Origin: Daphnia carinata
Lineage: Eukaryota
Assembly (NCBI RefSeq): GCF_022539665.2
Contig: NC_081331.1
Span: 9,796,001-9,860,000 of the forward strand
Direction: 5' to 3'
DNA: 64,000 nucleotides
The notes beneath the pieces were generated by a model that was given only the letters and a program-made list of their open reading frames with translations, had not been told where the DNA came from and ran no database searches. Both the position numbers and the translations under genes were made by a program. Within the stretch, counting starts at the first letter, position 1; every line of letters starts with the position of its first letter. This document shows, piece by piece, positions 36,501 to 56,151 of this stretch.

Positions 36501-39500
36501 GACGCATCATCCTCCCAGCCGGCGTTCGTTAATTAGCGGGTTCTTTGGGCGTCGTCGGTCAACACTTTCACGGGAATTCGGTAGCTCAGCGTTGTTTTGT
36601 AAAATTGTTTGTTTCCATTCAGCCTCCTCCGTCAGAACGTACACGTCAACTCCTCTGCACTGTGCCCGTTAGCAGAGGGGGTGAGACTGGAAGTAAGCGT
36701 ACACAACTACAACTATTCTGGGGTCCTTTTTTTGCATGTGGGAACAGACTGTTTATTTGACTTGAAGCGAAACCAGGACTCGACCTCCCGCTGTTACACC
36801 TCCAAACCTCAGCAATCATGGCTGTTAGCATTTCCGGTGTGACACACATATCGGGCCCATCGAATATCGGAACGTGTTTTGTTATCTCTTTCCTTCCTTT
36901 TTTTCTTTTTTTTTTTTTGCGTCAGACTAAATAAACGCTCCCGAGCGGCGGTCGATTAGAACGTTTCCGAAAAAGTCGATAGTGATTGTATGCTCGGTTG
37001 ATGACGGTGTCGTTCAGTGGTGCGCACGAACGCTCACGATCCGTTTCGGGCACCGAGTGTACGACTCTTGAACGTCATTCGCCTCAATGGGAAATAACGT
37101 ATTAGCAGAATAAATGATGACTTACCAGCAGAGTTTTTCACATCAATTTCAGTCAGCGTGACAAGTAATTGTCACGCAACACCAGATAAGAATGGTGACA
37201 TTGTTTCAATCCTATTGTCTTTTGTCTATATTCCAAAGGAGGGGCTCTTATTCTTCTTCTTTCTCAGCATTTTTTCAGGAACTACCGTTTCGGGACTATT
37301 CGTTCGTGACACGCGGACAATCTGTCGATCTGAACTTAAATTGAAATTTTTCGTATTTAAACTTCTATTTTTTCTTTTGGTTCATAAAACAGCAAGTGGT
37401 CAGAACAAAAAGAGGGGGAAGGCTCACTAGAAAATGCTGAGAATCACTTTTGATCGAAAAAAATAACGAGTCTTTAACCTCCCCCGCTGTGTTTTTAGCC
37501 TGACCTCTTCTTTCTAAAACCCTCTTCTGTTCCCATCCGTTGGATAATGACCGACTGTAAAGCCCTACACTCGTAAGAAACACGAAAACGTCTTCTATTA
37601 CAAGGAAATGGTCGTTTTTCCATCGCCGTTATCTCAAACTCATTAAAGTCTTTTGAGTGAGGGTTACATTCCAACTTTGACATGGAGAAAACTAAGCGCC
37701 AGGTATATACTTTTGAATTTGATGTGTACCTTTTTGGAAATAAAAAAAAAAAAAGACACGCCAGCGATTTTCTTATTCTCGCTTTCATTGTTGCCTTTGT
37801 TTTCTCTCTGGCATTCACGTGAGAGGGAGAAATCTGTTGGGTCTTTTTTAGAGAGGGGATCTGTTTAGATTTTTTTACGTTGGTGGGCGGGGCTCCTGGG
37901 CTTGGGTGTCTATGTGGGGGCCATATACTTCTCCTTGGCTGGCCAAAAGCCCGCCTAACACACAAACACACAACTCACAAATACAAGTACGGATATACAG
38001 ACTCCAGTCATTCGGTTCACAGGTCTCTAGCCGGAGAGTTGTCGTTGACTTTCACTCTCGACTTGTTCGCCAAACAATTCCAGTTAAAGTTGTTTTTTAA
38101 TTGGCCTTTTTGTTTGTTATTTATACGTGTGGCTCTTTTTGTGAACGTGTCTCTCCGAAGCTGACTTGCTGTATTGTTATAACACAAGCGAGAACAACAA
38201 TCTGTTGCATTGAAGGAATTTAAAAACGTGCAACATGGAGAATCGAGGTAGGATCCGCTCAGTGGATCGTAAAATATTTTCTTCTCAAAAACTCTTTTTC
38301 GGTTGCATTCTTTTTTGGGTTTTGTAGAAGGCAACACAATTTATCTCTTTTTGTTTTGTGTTATTCGTTCCGGTGTTTGAACGGGCTTCCAAAATTTCCT
38401 AACAATACGTGGATGGCATTCGAAATGTCTATTTTGCCTTGAGATATACGCTGCGCATTTACAATGCCCGGCAATGGTTCACATTATTGAAAGTGTTTGT
38501 TAAGCTACCAGCATCTTCGTAATGGCGAGGGTTTTATTATTTGTGTGCGAAATCAAATGATTCGCAAAAAAATTTCTATACGAACGTGTTTTCCCCTCGC
38601 AACAGTTGGTCCATTCCCGTGAAAGTTTGTTTTGCCACTTTTAATCTGAGAGAAAATCCCTTTCGTTTTTTTCTGGGGTGGGGACAAAAAGGATTGTGGA
38701 CTTCACCTGTTGGAAACATGTGTGAGTTTCTTTATTCTGTTTGAGCGACACCGCAACATACGCTCGGGTTCCTTAATTTCTGTAGCATGGCTTGCTTTCA
38801 CTCGTTGTGGTCAAGGAAGGAATCGAACCGAAAGAAAAACAAATCCAGTTCGATAAGCATCTAACTGGAAACTCAAAGAAAGTTTCGCACAATGGAAAAC
38901 GAGAGTGAAAGACATTTGTAAGAATAGGTATACAAAAAAGGAAGCTAACTTTTAAAATCACGTTAATCGCAGGCTTTATACCTTGATCTTGCCTCCCGAA
39001 CCAATAGTTTAATTCCATATAAGCATCGGAAAAAAAAAGAAAGAAAGGAACCCGTAGAAACAAGACGGCCATCGTCCAGCGTTCGGTCCATATCTGATCA
39101 GCCATATCGGGTCACTTCAAGGCTAGTCTTTCCATCTAGTTTTTTCTTTGGCCTGCCCAAATGACAGCTGCTAACAATAAATCAAGGAGAGGAATTGAAG
39201 TGATTTCACACTCTAATGCCGATGCAGCAACGGATATTTTAAATCATCAGCTCTACTTCTTTTGGTGTATAAGCATCTTCTTAAGAAGGCCATCTTTTTC
39301 ATGTCGAGAAACGAGTCAAAAGACTTGGCCGAATCGAACGCACTCGAACGATTCGACCGCTCAATCACGCATCCTGCCAGAAACGGATGATAAGAGACAC
39401 GGAGAATATGTTGTTGACGACCGACTGTGAAATGTCGAATCAAAGAGGCTCTGAACGAAAAGGAATCTCAGCCAGAGTTCGATGGACTTGGAATATTTAA

Positions 39501-40880
39501 TGCTCCTCAGCGTTGTCGCTTGCGTCGTGAATTTTAATTTCCCGAAGTCTCGGTTGCTGTGCCATCGGTTTCATTGCTGGCGGGAAGCTGCAACAGATCG
39601 TTCACACAAATGAGTTTCTACTTAAAAAAAAAAGGGAAGCGATATGGTTGCTCGATTTTCTCTCGGGAAAGAAAATCCTGGAATTTGATGATTCGAAATT
39701 GGGAAGAATGTTTTTAATGATGGAATCTATCGGATAATAAGCTGTCTTTTAAAATTCGGTGATTCAGAGGGTAAGATTGACATACTGTAGGAACATGGGA
39801 GAAAGTCTGGGTATAAGAAACTCTCTCTATTTTTCTCATCGCACCTGTCTTCTTCTTTTACTGTTCTTGGTCATGATGTCCAATTGCAAAGAATTCCGTT
39901 TCGACAGCGGTTTGTCAGGTCGTGAAACGATGCTAGGAGTAGAAGCAAAAAGCGTGCGGCGATCTGTTCGGCCAGCGAACTAATCTCGTCCGAAGAAAAA
40001 CATGATGCATTAAGCCATATCGAGGATGTTTTACATTTTTATGATTTCTTAAATCAAAGAATAGGCTGTCAGTGCTTTAACACGCCAGAGATACATTGTT
40101 TTTTTAGAAATATCAAAAAGGACCAAATTTTAATATCGATCAACGTATGCATTCAATATGCGCACCCAGCATGGCTCCCCTAGTCCATGCATGTTTTACT
40201 CGTCTTGAATAAATTTCCAAAACACGTAAAACACAATTGTTAAAGCGCACATTCAAATGTATCTAACATTCGTCATCGCAGGCGTGATTTACAAAAGTAC
40301 AATGCCTTCTGTTTACGTAAGGTCATTTGAATAATCCATTATTCGATACGAAGCTTTTGACTGTCACGAAGCCACACTACTGAGAGAGAAATGGGGATGT
40401 TTTGGGGCTCGGTCTCCAAATGCCTTTCTCTGCGCATGAATGCATGAATGCGATGCGCTCTTGCTTTGCATTGTCTTCGTGCGTAGATTTGGCAGGTAAA
40501 AGCGCCCGTCAGCCTGTTAGCAGTTTCCTAGTTAGAAAACTTGCCGTGACCGGTCATTTTGGTCATTTCAAAGTGAACTGTAACAGCGTACAGACATGTG
40601 GAATACGCAGCGGAAGCAAGATCAGGACAAACGTCGAAATTCTATTTGGCAAATAGTGGCTTTCTTTGAATGTCGAAAAGATGGTATATATATATATTTC
40701 ATTAAAGCCATTATTTTTATTTGGTATTTTAGTTCCTTGTGTGGCGTTTAGCTTTGAAGCAGACTTTATTCTGACACATTCTTCCTTGCCCCACATAACC
40801 CGTTATGCTTTAATTTTGCTCTACTCTTACGTGTGTCTGTATCCATGTGTGTGGTATTTACAGAAAAACACAGCGGTCGA

Positions 40881-41856
40881 ATGATTCCCGAACCGGACTA
40901 CAATGAGGACGATCGGCCGAATTATCGCCGTATCTACAACAATTTCAATAACAACAACAACATCAACGACAACATGAAAGGTGTCGTTATGGATAAAGAA
41001 GGACTCGTCGTTCCACGAAAGCCCCCCAATCCGTGCATCACATCGATGGAACGCCGTGATCTTCATCGCGAACTCGCGTTTCACCAGAAAACGTGAGTGT
41101 TCGACAGACGGCAATAGACAAATGTGCAAAATTAAATTAACGACGTCACGACGAAACAGTCGTATTGATTTGAACGTGCAGAAGACCTTGCTAGTCGATG
41201 CCTAGCGATGTGTACTCTGCCCCGTCAACAACGCTAATGCGATTTACTAACATGACGTGTATTGTTTGTTTTGTTTGTCTTACATTTTATGGTTACGTTT
41301 GCTGTTTCATGGCGAAATGATTAGCGGAAAGGCGGTGCTGAATCAAAAAAGCGAACTGCAAAAAGCTTTGCAGAAACAGCGAGAAGTTCAGACCCGAAAA
41401 GAGGTTGAAAAGGAACGTCAGTCTACGCGTTCAGCCCTGGAAATCACCCTAGAAAAACGTGCCCAACGCTTAGAAGAGGTGCGTTTTCTTTTCATAATTA
41501 AGTCATATATGATTGATTAAATGTTTTAAAATTCAATCATGCCAAGAAAGGCAAAGCCACTCGTCAATTTTTGTGACATCTGTACGTCAGGATGTTTCAA
41601 TGCCTGACGCAATTTTTGATTCCAGTTTGATTTCTAATAGAAAAGAAGTTGCTATACATTCGAGATTTAGATTCGCTGCTTTAAAAACTTTTTCTTTCCT
41701 GTTATTGACGTGTCGTTTTTTTTTATTTAGTTGGAGCGTGGTTTCTCCACCAACGAGTCCAAGCAGCAGCCAAAGTCACCAGAATCCACCAACGAGTTTC
41801 TTCGGATGCACGCCAAGCTGCGTGGACGAGTGGAACGTACCGCAGCTATGCCTTAA
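40881..41856 (+). CDS. FAM107: FAM107 family (DUF1151) small coiled-coil protein, ~163 aa
   Basis: Exons 40864 (ATG 40881)-41092, 41325-41478, 41731-41856. Family motifs MIPEPDY, GLVVPRKPPNPC, RRDLHRELAFHQK, KSELQKAL, LEKRAQRLE, EFLRMHAKLR. Confidence 0.88.
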
Positions 41857-44800
41857 GCAATGCTTGTGAATCACGAAAAAGAAAAGACAAACTGGATTAT
41901 TATTATTTTTTTGGTTAAACCCGATATGTTACCTGGAGTGGATAAATTATAAGAGAAAAAAAAACACCGAGTAAAAAAAAAATGGTTTCATTTAAACGAT
42001 AAGGCTTAATCGTGTAAATCTAAAAGTCATTCGTGAACATGTTGCATTCGTATTTCATTAAAAACAGTCCCATTCAATTTCTTCAGTTTTTTTTTTATTT
42101 TCACTGTTCGTGTAATATCCACAGGTTCCGTTGCGTGAGTGATCTTGCATTTAGCGTGAAGTTGTTCACTCTTTGAATTCTCTTCTAGCTTTACACCGTT
42201 ATCAGCTAGCAAACAGAATGATGACTTGACTGTGACTATATATCCTTTCTTGGTCGTTCTTTTCGTTACGCTTTTCGTTTCAATGTCGACGCAGTCTGCT
42301 TCACGCATGACTACGGAATACCGATCATACCTTGTACATGATTTTCATTTCATTTCAGTTTTTTATGTATAATACACAATCGCAATGAAAATAATCGCAT
42401 TTAGACGTTGTTCCTTTTCAAATTCAAGGGAAAGTGCGGTGGACTTTTGCACCTTTAGAAATTTGAGTTTTTTGTTTGAAAATGGAATTGAACCCCGAAA
42501 CAACCCTGAAATATAGCGAATTAGGTCACTGCCTATGAGAGTTATGTTCTACTGGTTGAAAATGATTGTTCTGAAATTGATGCGGGGCACCATGGAAAAG
42601 ACTTGTGATTTGCGATTAATTCCCCCATAGTGCGATTATGTCAAAAATACACCGCAAAAAATTCCAAATGACTATCATAATAGATACTTCTTTTGCCAAG
42701 TAGAACATGGCGAAATCACGTGAAATTGGCTTTAAGCGTTGTGTAGCTTTAACCGCAATTTTTGTTTTTAACCTAAATTTAGATGCCTTCTCTGTCCCGA
42801 CCGATGGGCTGTAATGACTTGTTGCTTTAAAGCGAACGAAATGTTCCACGTACATACGCCGTCTGGAGAAGGACGAAACAATAGGCTTCAAAGGACATAA
42901 ATCAAAATCCTAGACGGCCGTTTTAAGTAATATGATCGCTATCGTTTTTCAGCTTACGAAGGTTGTCTCATTGCTGGGTAAACAGCGTCCTCGAAAATGC
43001 CAAGTCTGCCATAATCGTCCAAAGTGAAAAAGGCTATTCAACTTCAAGGCAAGTAATGCCAAAAGTTTTCTCAATAGTTATTACTCACGATGCAATTGAA
43101 AAACCATTTTTCTTTATTGTTACTTCACTTTTAATACCTTAAAAGAATTCCTTCTTGTTACACGATAAATTGCGTGGGGATCTGCATCAGCATTGTCACG
43201 AACTATATAAAATTATGCAATCATAAACTACCGGAATGCCACTAATGCATTCTTGATTGATAGCATCACAAGCGAAAAGATGTATTCACGTTTTGAGCAC
43301 ATGCAGATGCGCATTTTAACGCAATATGTATTCGACGAAAATGAATTATCGAATAAACAATCTACTCATCAAGCGTCGCATTTAAGCGCCCCTATTACCA
43401 CGACCTGATTTAGTTTGCCAGAAAATGAGAAGCAATCGGTTAAATTAGAACATTAAAAAAGTCACTCGTATGACACTATACGGGCCCTGAAAATCCAATT
43501 TAAATACCTTTTAAGAAAAGAAACTCTTACGTGTTTGCTATCGCCAACTTTCTAGTCGATTAGAATTTGTGTACTGAATTCAAAATTAGCGTCTGCGCGC
43601 TTGTTTCATGAATTTAAAAGGGGTGTGGAATGGAGAGCGCTGTCAAAAGATGATTTGAAATGAATTAGATAACAGATTTCTTTCTTGAAAAGTCCACGAG
43701 CGTAATATCGAATTACCGAAATATCGTACGCATTCAATCACGTGATCTTCTTGTTTTTTACTGCCACCCCACTTTTCCTATAATTGTTTGTATGGATTCG
43801 GGGATTAGGCTTCATGGACGCATATTGTAATTCAAGAGCTGACAAACTAAATTTAGGTTCGTTTTCTGATGAGTGTCCAAGAAGTAATCAGTTGTTAGTT
43901 GATACCAAGATCGAACCAAAAATTCTTAAATTGCTGATTTATACACATTTGGACAGGAAACCCTGCGAACGATTGCCGCTAGCTAACAGCTAACCGATCA
44001 AGCGGTGATTAAGGTTTGTGGTTCGCTCGGAATTGGTTCACTATTAAAAGGGGGAAGTTTTGGTCTTTCAAAGGAGGATGGAACCCAATTAGACCCCAGG
44101 AGGGTTAGTTAGAAACAAGAATTTCTCTGAACTTTATGTTTGCCTCAATCATTTTTCTAATGTCTAGTATTTACGATTGCGTACGTCTCGTTATGGAGAA
44201 CACATACACACACGTTAATTTTGGGTTAGAAAGAAAAGGTTTGGACAGAACGCGGTGCAATCGGGTTTCGAACAATTCTGATGACGTAGGTTTCTATTAT
44301 ATGTTTGTTCAAGAATGTTGATTGTGACGGCATTCAACAGGATACTATTGTTAACTAAGTAAAATTTTTATAGGATTTTCCATGTTTAATCCGCTTTGTT
44401 TTTATTGCAACTTTCAGGATATGGTTTCATTTTTAGAGAAACAAACACTGCAGATCCTCCTTGGGAAATCCAAGTTAAAGTATAAAGGGAGATGACGCAA
44501 TCTTTTTTTGGCCAATATTATCTAAGGTCAAAAGATTGTAACTGCGTAGTTAAATTTGTCGATACGAGGATGTTTTCCTTTGAACGTTTTGAACCTAGAA
44601 GCTTCCAAAACTAAGGTTTACTTAAAAACATCGCAGTTGATCGAAAACACGTTGTAATGTCATAACAAATTCGAGATCTGTGTAAATGCAAACTTCGTGA
44701 TACCACATACTTTGAGAATTACTATAAGCATCCTACCATTTTCGGAGAACATTCTACAGATCCTCAATGAGTTAATTGAACAGGCGGTTGTGCGGGTTCT

Positions 44801-45048
44801 AATGTTACTACCCCTTGCCCAATACTAGATTGGTTCAACGAGATATTTCCTGTGCTTTGGGTGGAACCAAGTAAATTAGCAATATTTGTAATATTTAATC
44901 ATCATACTAAAAGGGCAGATTTCTTTGAATAAATACAGTATTTCGGCCGACTAAACATTTTGCAAATTACCACATTTTGCAATTTACCACATTTTGGTGG
45001 GAACTTGGTTGTTGGTTTTCATGGACTGCTTTCCAAACAGGCACATGA

Positions 45049-45845
45049 TCATGTGCTCAATGTAGTCAACGCTTTGTCATAAACTCCAAGAAAGATAGCT
45101 CCGCCAATTGATATCCAAAGAACTCGCAGGACAATCCCTGCAAAATGTCTGCTAACTGGAAAAAGAATGTCAATCAGTCATGTTGATGGCAAAATTTTAG
45201 TTGCATTACCCTTGGATTCCCTGTGCAAAATAAATGCTTCTTAAAACTAATTTGAGTTTTCCACCTGCCTCAATACTGGCCAAATCAGCCAACATGATTC
45301 TCGGTTTGATTGCATCAAGAGATGTTATGATCGCTACAGCTCATCCTTTTAAGGATTACAATATCTATTTAATATTTAATGGTAAAAGGTTTGGGCACAT
45401 ATTTTTGGTTATCTCTACCTGAAAGAGTGTCACAAATTGATGATTGCCACAGGCTGGCAGGTTGCCCTTGCTTTTCTGACCAAAAGTATTTCCTTTTTTC
45501 TCACAGAGGAAGCAGAATGTATGAAAATGGACTTTCTCAGAAAGTGATTGCGGTGTAACCACTATACAGCCCAGTGATTCCTTTTCGTTGCAGGATTGAT
45601 CGGAATATATGGATACAGGACGAAAGGAATTCAGCTTGCCGTCTTTGTTTGACGACCTCGACGGAAACGCGTACAACGCACGTTGCCTATACAGTAAACT
45701 AATCTGTTTAGAAGTATATGCAAGATGCCTTATAACTTACGACTTCATCAAATGCTGCACTGGCCATGCGAACATTTCGCCCAAAAACAGTAAATTTAGT
45801 TTCAACAAGCATTTGGTGTCATCGTAAGTGCAAAAAACAGAGCGG
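45049..45845 (-). pseudogene. SLC25A26: Unprocessed, 5'-truncated pseudogene of the mitochondrial S-adenosylmethionine carrier
   Basis: Spliced translation gives CVVRVSVEVVKQRRQ, GITGLYSGY, *ESPFSYILLPL*E, ITSLDAIKPRIML and FAGIVLRVLWISIGGAIFLGVYDKA. These match SAM-carrier motifs (CLIRVPSEVVKQR, REIPFSLVQFPLWE, TTPLDVAKTRIML). In-frame TGA at 45537-39, 45501-03 and 45341-43, a frameshift near 45835, and introns at 45687-45740, ~45346-45418 and 45149-45209. Confidence 0.88.
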
Positions 45846-46093
45846 CTGCAACAAGAGTTTGAGCTAGGTGATAGAAATCGGAAAATTTAACATAAACATA
45901 TTGAGCGTCGTCTGCATTCGGTATGTAATCGACCAGTTTTGACAATATCTTTTCTACAGCAAAACCGACTGTACAATCACAGATAATAACCGAAATGATA
46001 AGCTCTTCGATGAAAGCTATACATTCTGTAAAAAATTCTGTATTTTGAACTTATGCTATTCACTTCAATAATTATTTTAATTTCGTTACTTTA

Positions 46094-46562
46094 CAGCGCG
46101 GGAAAAAATTTCGTCTCACATCGGGTTTGAACCACTGCAATCCCTATCTGAATCCGATCCTATGCCACTGAGCTATTACTTTTACTCATTGTTGTCTATA
46201 CTTTTGATTATAAAGAGATGTGGAGGATGAATACAAAAAAATCAGGGCTATATGCTGTCGATCTAAATATTCATTAGGGGGCGTAAGCGGTGAGTATCGG
46301 ATTGCGACGCGGGAGATTGGTGTTCAAGACTTTACACAGTAAATTACTTTTATACATCATGTCGTTCTCAAGCATCGTTTGTAAATAATATAACTTGCAA
46401 ATAGTAAAAAATTTTCCCCTTCAACCTCCATGAAATAAACGATTATATAGGTATTTATAAGACAATGTCTTGAGAAATTGTAGCTTAGTGGTAGAAGTTC
46501 GTATTCAGACACGGAAAGCAGTGGTTCAATTCCGCTATGAGACGAATTTTTTTCCCGCGCTG
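46094..46562. mobile_element. TA-flanked MITE with long inverted arms carrying tRNA-like A/B boxes
   Basis: TA|CAGCGCGGGAAAAAA...TTTTTTCCCGCGCTG|TA. Each arm has TAGCTyAGTGG (46481-46491; reverse complement at 46165-46175) and GGTTCAAwyCC, followed by a T6-T7 run. Confidence 0.75.
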
Positions 46563-49537
46563 TAAAGTCGCTGTTGAACAAAGTGGGTGACTGAGGATGA
46601 TATTTTTTTCATTAGATATTTTTCATCTTAGCTTGGGGCATGGGGGTTGGGGGTCTAACAAAAAAAGACTAGACTCTACTTTTTCCAGACATTTTTCGTA
46701 ACACCTGAGGCATTAGCAAAAGGTGTCTGGACTTAAAACTACCCTTCCCAACTTATAGCGTTTTTGCGCCAAACCCGCCCTAACCCTATTTAAAAAAGGT
46801 CAACAATTAATATATTTTCCCCATAGATGGCTTTTAAAAATAAAATCGGGTGTTCTTCTTTTTATGCAGGATACTGTACATACTGTACGTACTACAGAGA
46901 TAAGGACGTACTAGTACAATACATATTGCCTCGCGACTAGCCTGGGGTTGGCACTTGGGACAGACTTGTGTTGGGTGGTGTCTGTGTTTTTGGGGCCTGT
47001 GACTCGTTTAACTTTATTTCCCACTGCTGATGTCGAATTGCAGTGTATATGAATAGTGTGGCCATATTTTGTTTGGATCACGTTGTTTGTGAAAATAATT
47101 CGTGTTTACCATTTGTGTGTGTTGCTGCCATCGATATTTGCAACGGATGTCTTACGGTGAGCATAAAAAACGAAATATGCTTATCGGGTTTTATCGTAAT
47201 TGTTTCTCTGTCGATGTGATGAACGCTTTTTCCTCCCGTTTCACCTACACCATCAAACTGTTATTCGTGGGACCATACTGTGTTGTTTGTTTTCATTTGT
47301 GTTTATTAATTACATTGCATTTTATCTTTATTAGATTTTTTTCATTTTATAAAAAAATATTCAACTAACCATGTAACCACCTATGCATTTGAAATTCTGT
47401 ACGATTCTGACGTAGGCGTGGGATTTGGAAGGATTCTAAGAGATATTTGAAAATTCTGCCAAAGTGTACGAGGATTCTGTGAGTTGCCAACTCTTCGGTT
47501 TTTCTGCACATCAGCGTTTGAGTAATCATCCGGGTCCAAACCGGTGCAGGAAAAAAAAAGAAACCCGATAAAAGGAACTCTCTACACTGTTTCGTACCCC
47601 GGTTGCCCCGCATGGAATTCATAGATTTTTTTTATTGTCGTCAATTAATCGTAGTTTATTGGGTTAGTATACAGTATTATCGGTTAAACCGGGTATCTTA
47701 AACCGAAACATACTGCTTTAAAAGCATTCACTCAGATTCTAACCGATTGGTCATTTTCCGGGTAGGTCGGTGCGGTTTGACGGGCTTCAGTTGCTTCATT
47801 ATCCAAATAATACCGAATATTCAAATAATTATTATGGGAAAAACTATAAGTATAAATGAAAAAAAAAATTTTGGAACAGATAGCCGTTGAAGATAGCTCT
47901 CCATTTCTATAAAATTTGTGAGAGTAATTTCATAAACAAAATATATAATTCATACGAACAAAATAATAATTTCGTAGAAAAAGGGTGGCACAGAATAGCA
48001 ACAGAGGTTTCGAAATGGAATCCCAGTCAGGCTGCTAAGCCTGCCCGTTGTTTTTTGTTCGCCGAAACCATGACATCTTTGGTCATTTTTTTTTTTTTTT
48101 TGTAAATAATTACCTCGTGCAATCTGAGCTCTATTGCTTTTGGGGGGCTAGATTGTTTTCTTCCTCTTTTTTCCTGTTCGGTTCTGTCTGTCGTCGCGCC
48201 AAAGGAGAACGTGGTATCCACAGTTAGACCACCTTCATCTTTATCAGCTTTAGTCTTGTCCTGAATATATGCAACATGTAGCAAAAATTAACTTTTGATG
48301 TGTCTGTACAGATTTCGGATTTCTCTACAACGGATAATGGAGGGTCGAAATACTAACTGATTGTTCAATAGAATTTGTAATCGAGTGACACATAGACACG
48401 AGCCGGCACCGACAAGCGGACGTCAACCGCCGACAGACCGCATGTATCACGTCCTATTTCAGGTACCTATTCATACTTTTCTTTCCTTTGAATGTTTCTT
48501 TCTCCAGTTCCAAGGTGCCGCAGCAGCGCATTGTGCCCCGCCGCTGGGTGCTCCTCAGCTATTTCATTAGAGTTAATAGCAGTCGTCATTTGTCGCCACT
48601 CTTCATTATTGTTTTTTTTTTCGCTTTCTTCCATTTGTCCGCCACTCCCGAGACCTATTCATTTAGATGGAAGAAGAAAAAAAAATTATGGGTGGGAAGG
48701 AAACGCAACATTTTGTTTTCCCGTTTTTATTATTTTTAAATGGGACAATAGACAACAATCGAAGGCGTCTGAGGCTTGATAGAATTGCGATTTTATTTGT
48801 GTGATTAAATGCTTGAGTAGATCGATGTGCCGTTGTTTTGAATCACTTGTCGCAATGAGCTATCAATATGGAAGAATAGAAACTTGCGACACACCTACCC
48901 ATACATATATGGGGCGGCACTGACTTGACTGACAATATGGATATGTGGAGGACAGTTGATGATTGTACAAGCGATCTTTTATTATTTAGGGCTTGTTTGG
49001 TCGGTTCGCAGAGTGGGGAGGGTGTACTGTCGTTTCCGAATTAAGGCTCGAGTCCATCTTTTTTTTTTTTCTAATTATGTCTGTTAATTACGTTTTCTTT
49101 TATTTACGCAGAATCTGAAAAACGGAAGAAAACAAATTTGCATTTGTTCTGAATCGAATAAAAACAAGCGCTTCGATTGGTAGCCATTCTGTGGTGGGGA
49201 AGTGGAAAAACAGGATTGCCCCGTGTCGTTTGTTACCCCGGACGTCCTTACGTCCTGAATGAAACAAAGAAAAAAAAAGGTTGCCAACAAAAAAAATAGA
49301 GCTACAAAAATGAAATGCGAAATCAAACTAAAAAGGAACGAAAAAGAACAAAAAAAAATCAAACAAACGAAGAAATATCGCCAAAATATATCACGTCTTT
49401 TTAGAAATATGTTTTACCGAAAAATTGTTATAGCTGCTAAGCTATCTAAAGGAGCTCCGGCGACATGAAACATCAGAAATTGTTTCCAATATTGCGGAGT
49501 TTTAAACGTACCGCACTTTAGCTACGTTACTCTGACC

Positions 49538-49758
49538 TAGGGATCGACCCCGCGACGATCGGGCACAATTTTGACCGAACCGCGCGTTTTTTTTTTAAGA
49601 ACAAACCGGTGCGGTTCGGTTCGTCGTTTTTTTCGAACAGATCGAACCCCGGTTTGGCCGTTTGTACCCTCGGTGTAAAACTGCGGGTTACACCGCGGTT
49701 TTATACGGTTTGCATGGCGGTTTTACGGTTTGAACCGTTGATTTGCGGTTTGCGCCTA
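49538..49758. mobile_element. hAT-like non-autonomous insertion (221 bp)
   Basis: Ends TAGG...CCTA, with a near-identical 8-bp flanking duplication ctctgacc (49530-37) / ctcagacc (49759-66) and many CGGTT/AACCG subterminal motifs. Absent from the paralogous site at ~62683 (tactcaaaccgcgagggttc). Confidence 0.7.
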
Positions 49759-50069
49759 CTCAGACCCCGAGGGTTCATTTGTGAGATGAAATTTCGACTG
49801 GAACTCTTTGGCTTCGTGCTCCGGCTTCCTCCCTCATCTTGCACCATTATCAGTTTTAGACCTACATTTCCCCCCACCTCCCCTCCATTTTTTTTTAAAT
49901 CGCTGGAACGTTCCAGTTACGCAGCGATCCTAAATTTACCGTTTTACTGTGATTTCTTTTTTTATTTTGACGCTCGCAAGCAAGCCGGAATAAGAGAAGT
50001 AGATTTATTTTCTGCTTTTATAAATTTTATAATTGAATAATTAATTTTTTTAATATTCTTGTTTACATA

Positions 50070-56151
<6,082 letters not shown>

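Noticed and set aside
44447..44473. ADPPW as an MT-A70 methyltransferase motif
   Set aside because: No surrounding methyltransferase sequence, and stops follow within a few codons.
46474..46546. Functional tRNA gene
   Set aside because: The acceptor and anticodon stems do not form properly, and the sequence is part of an inverted-repeat element.
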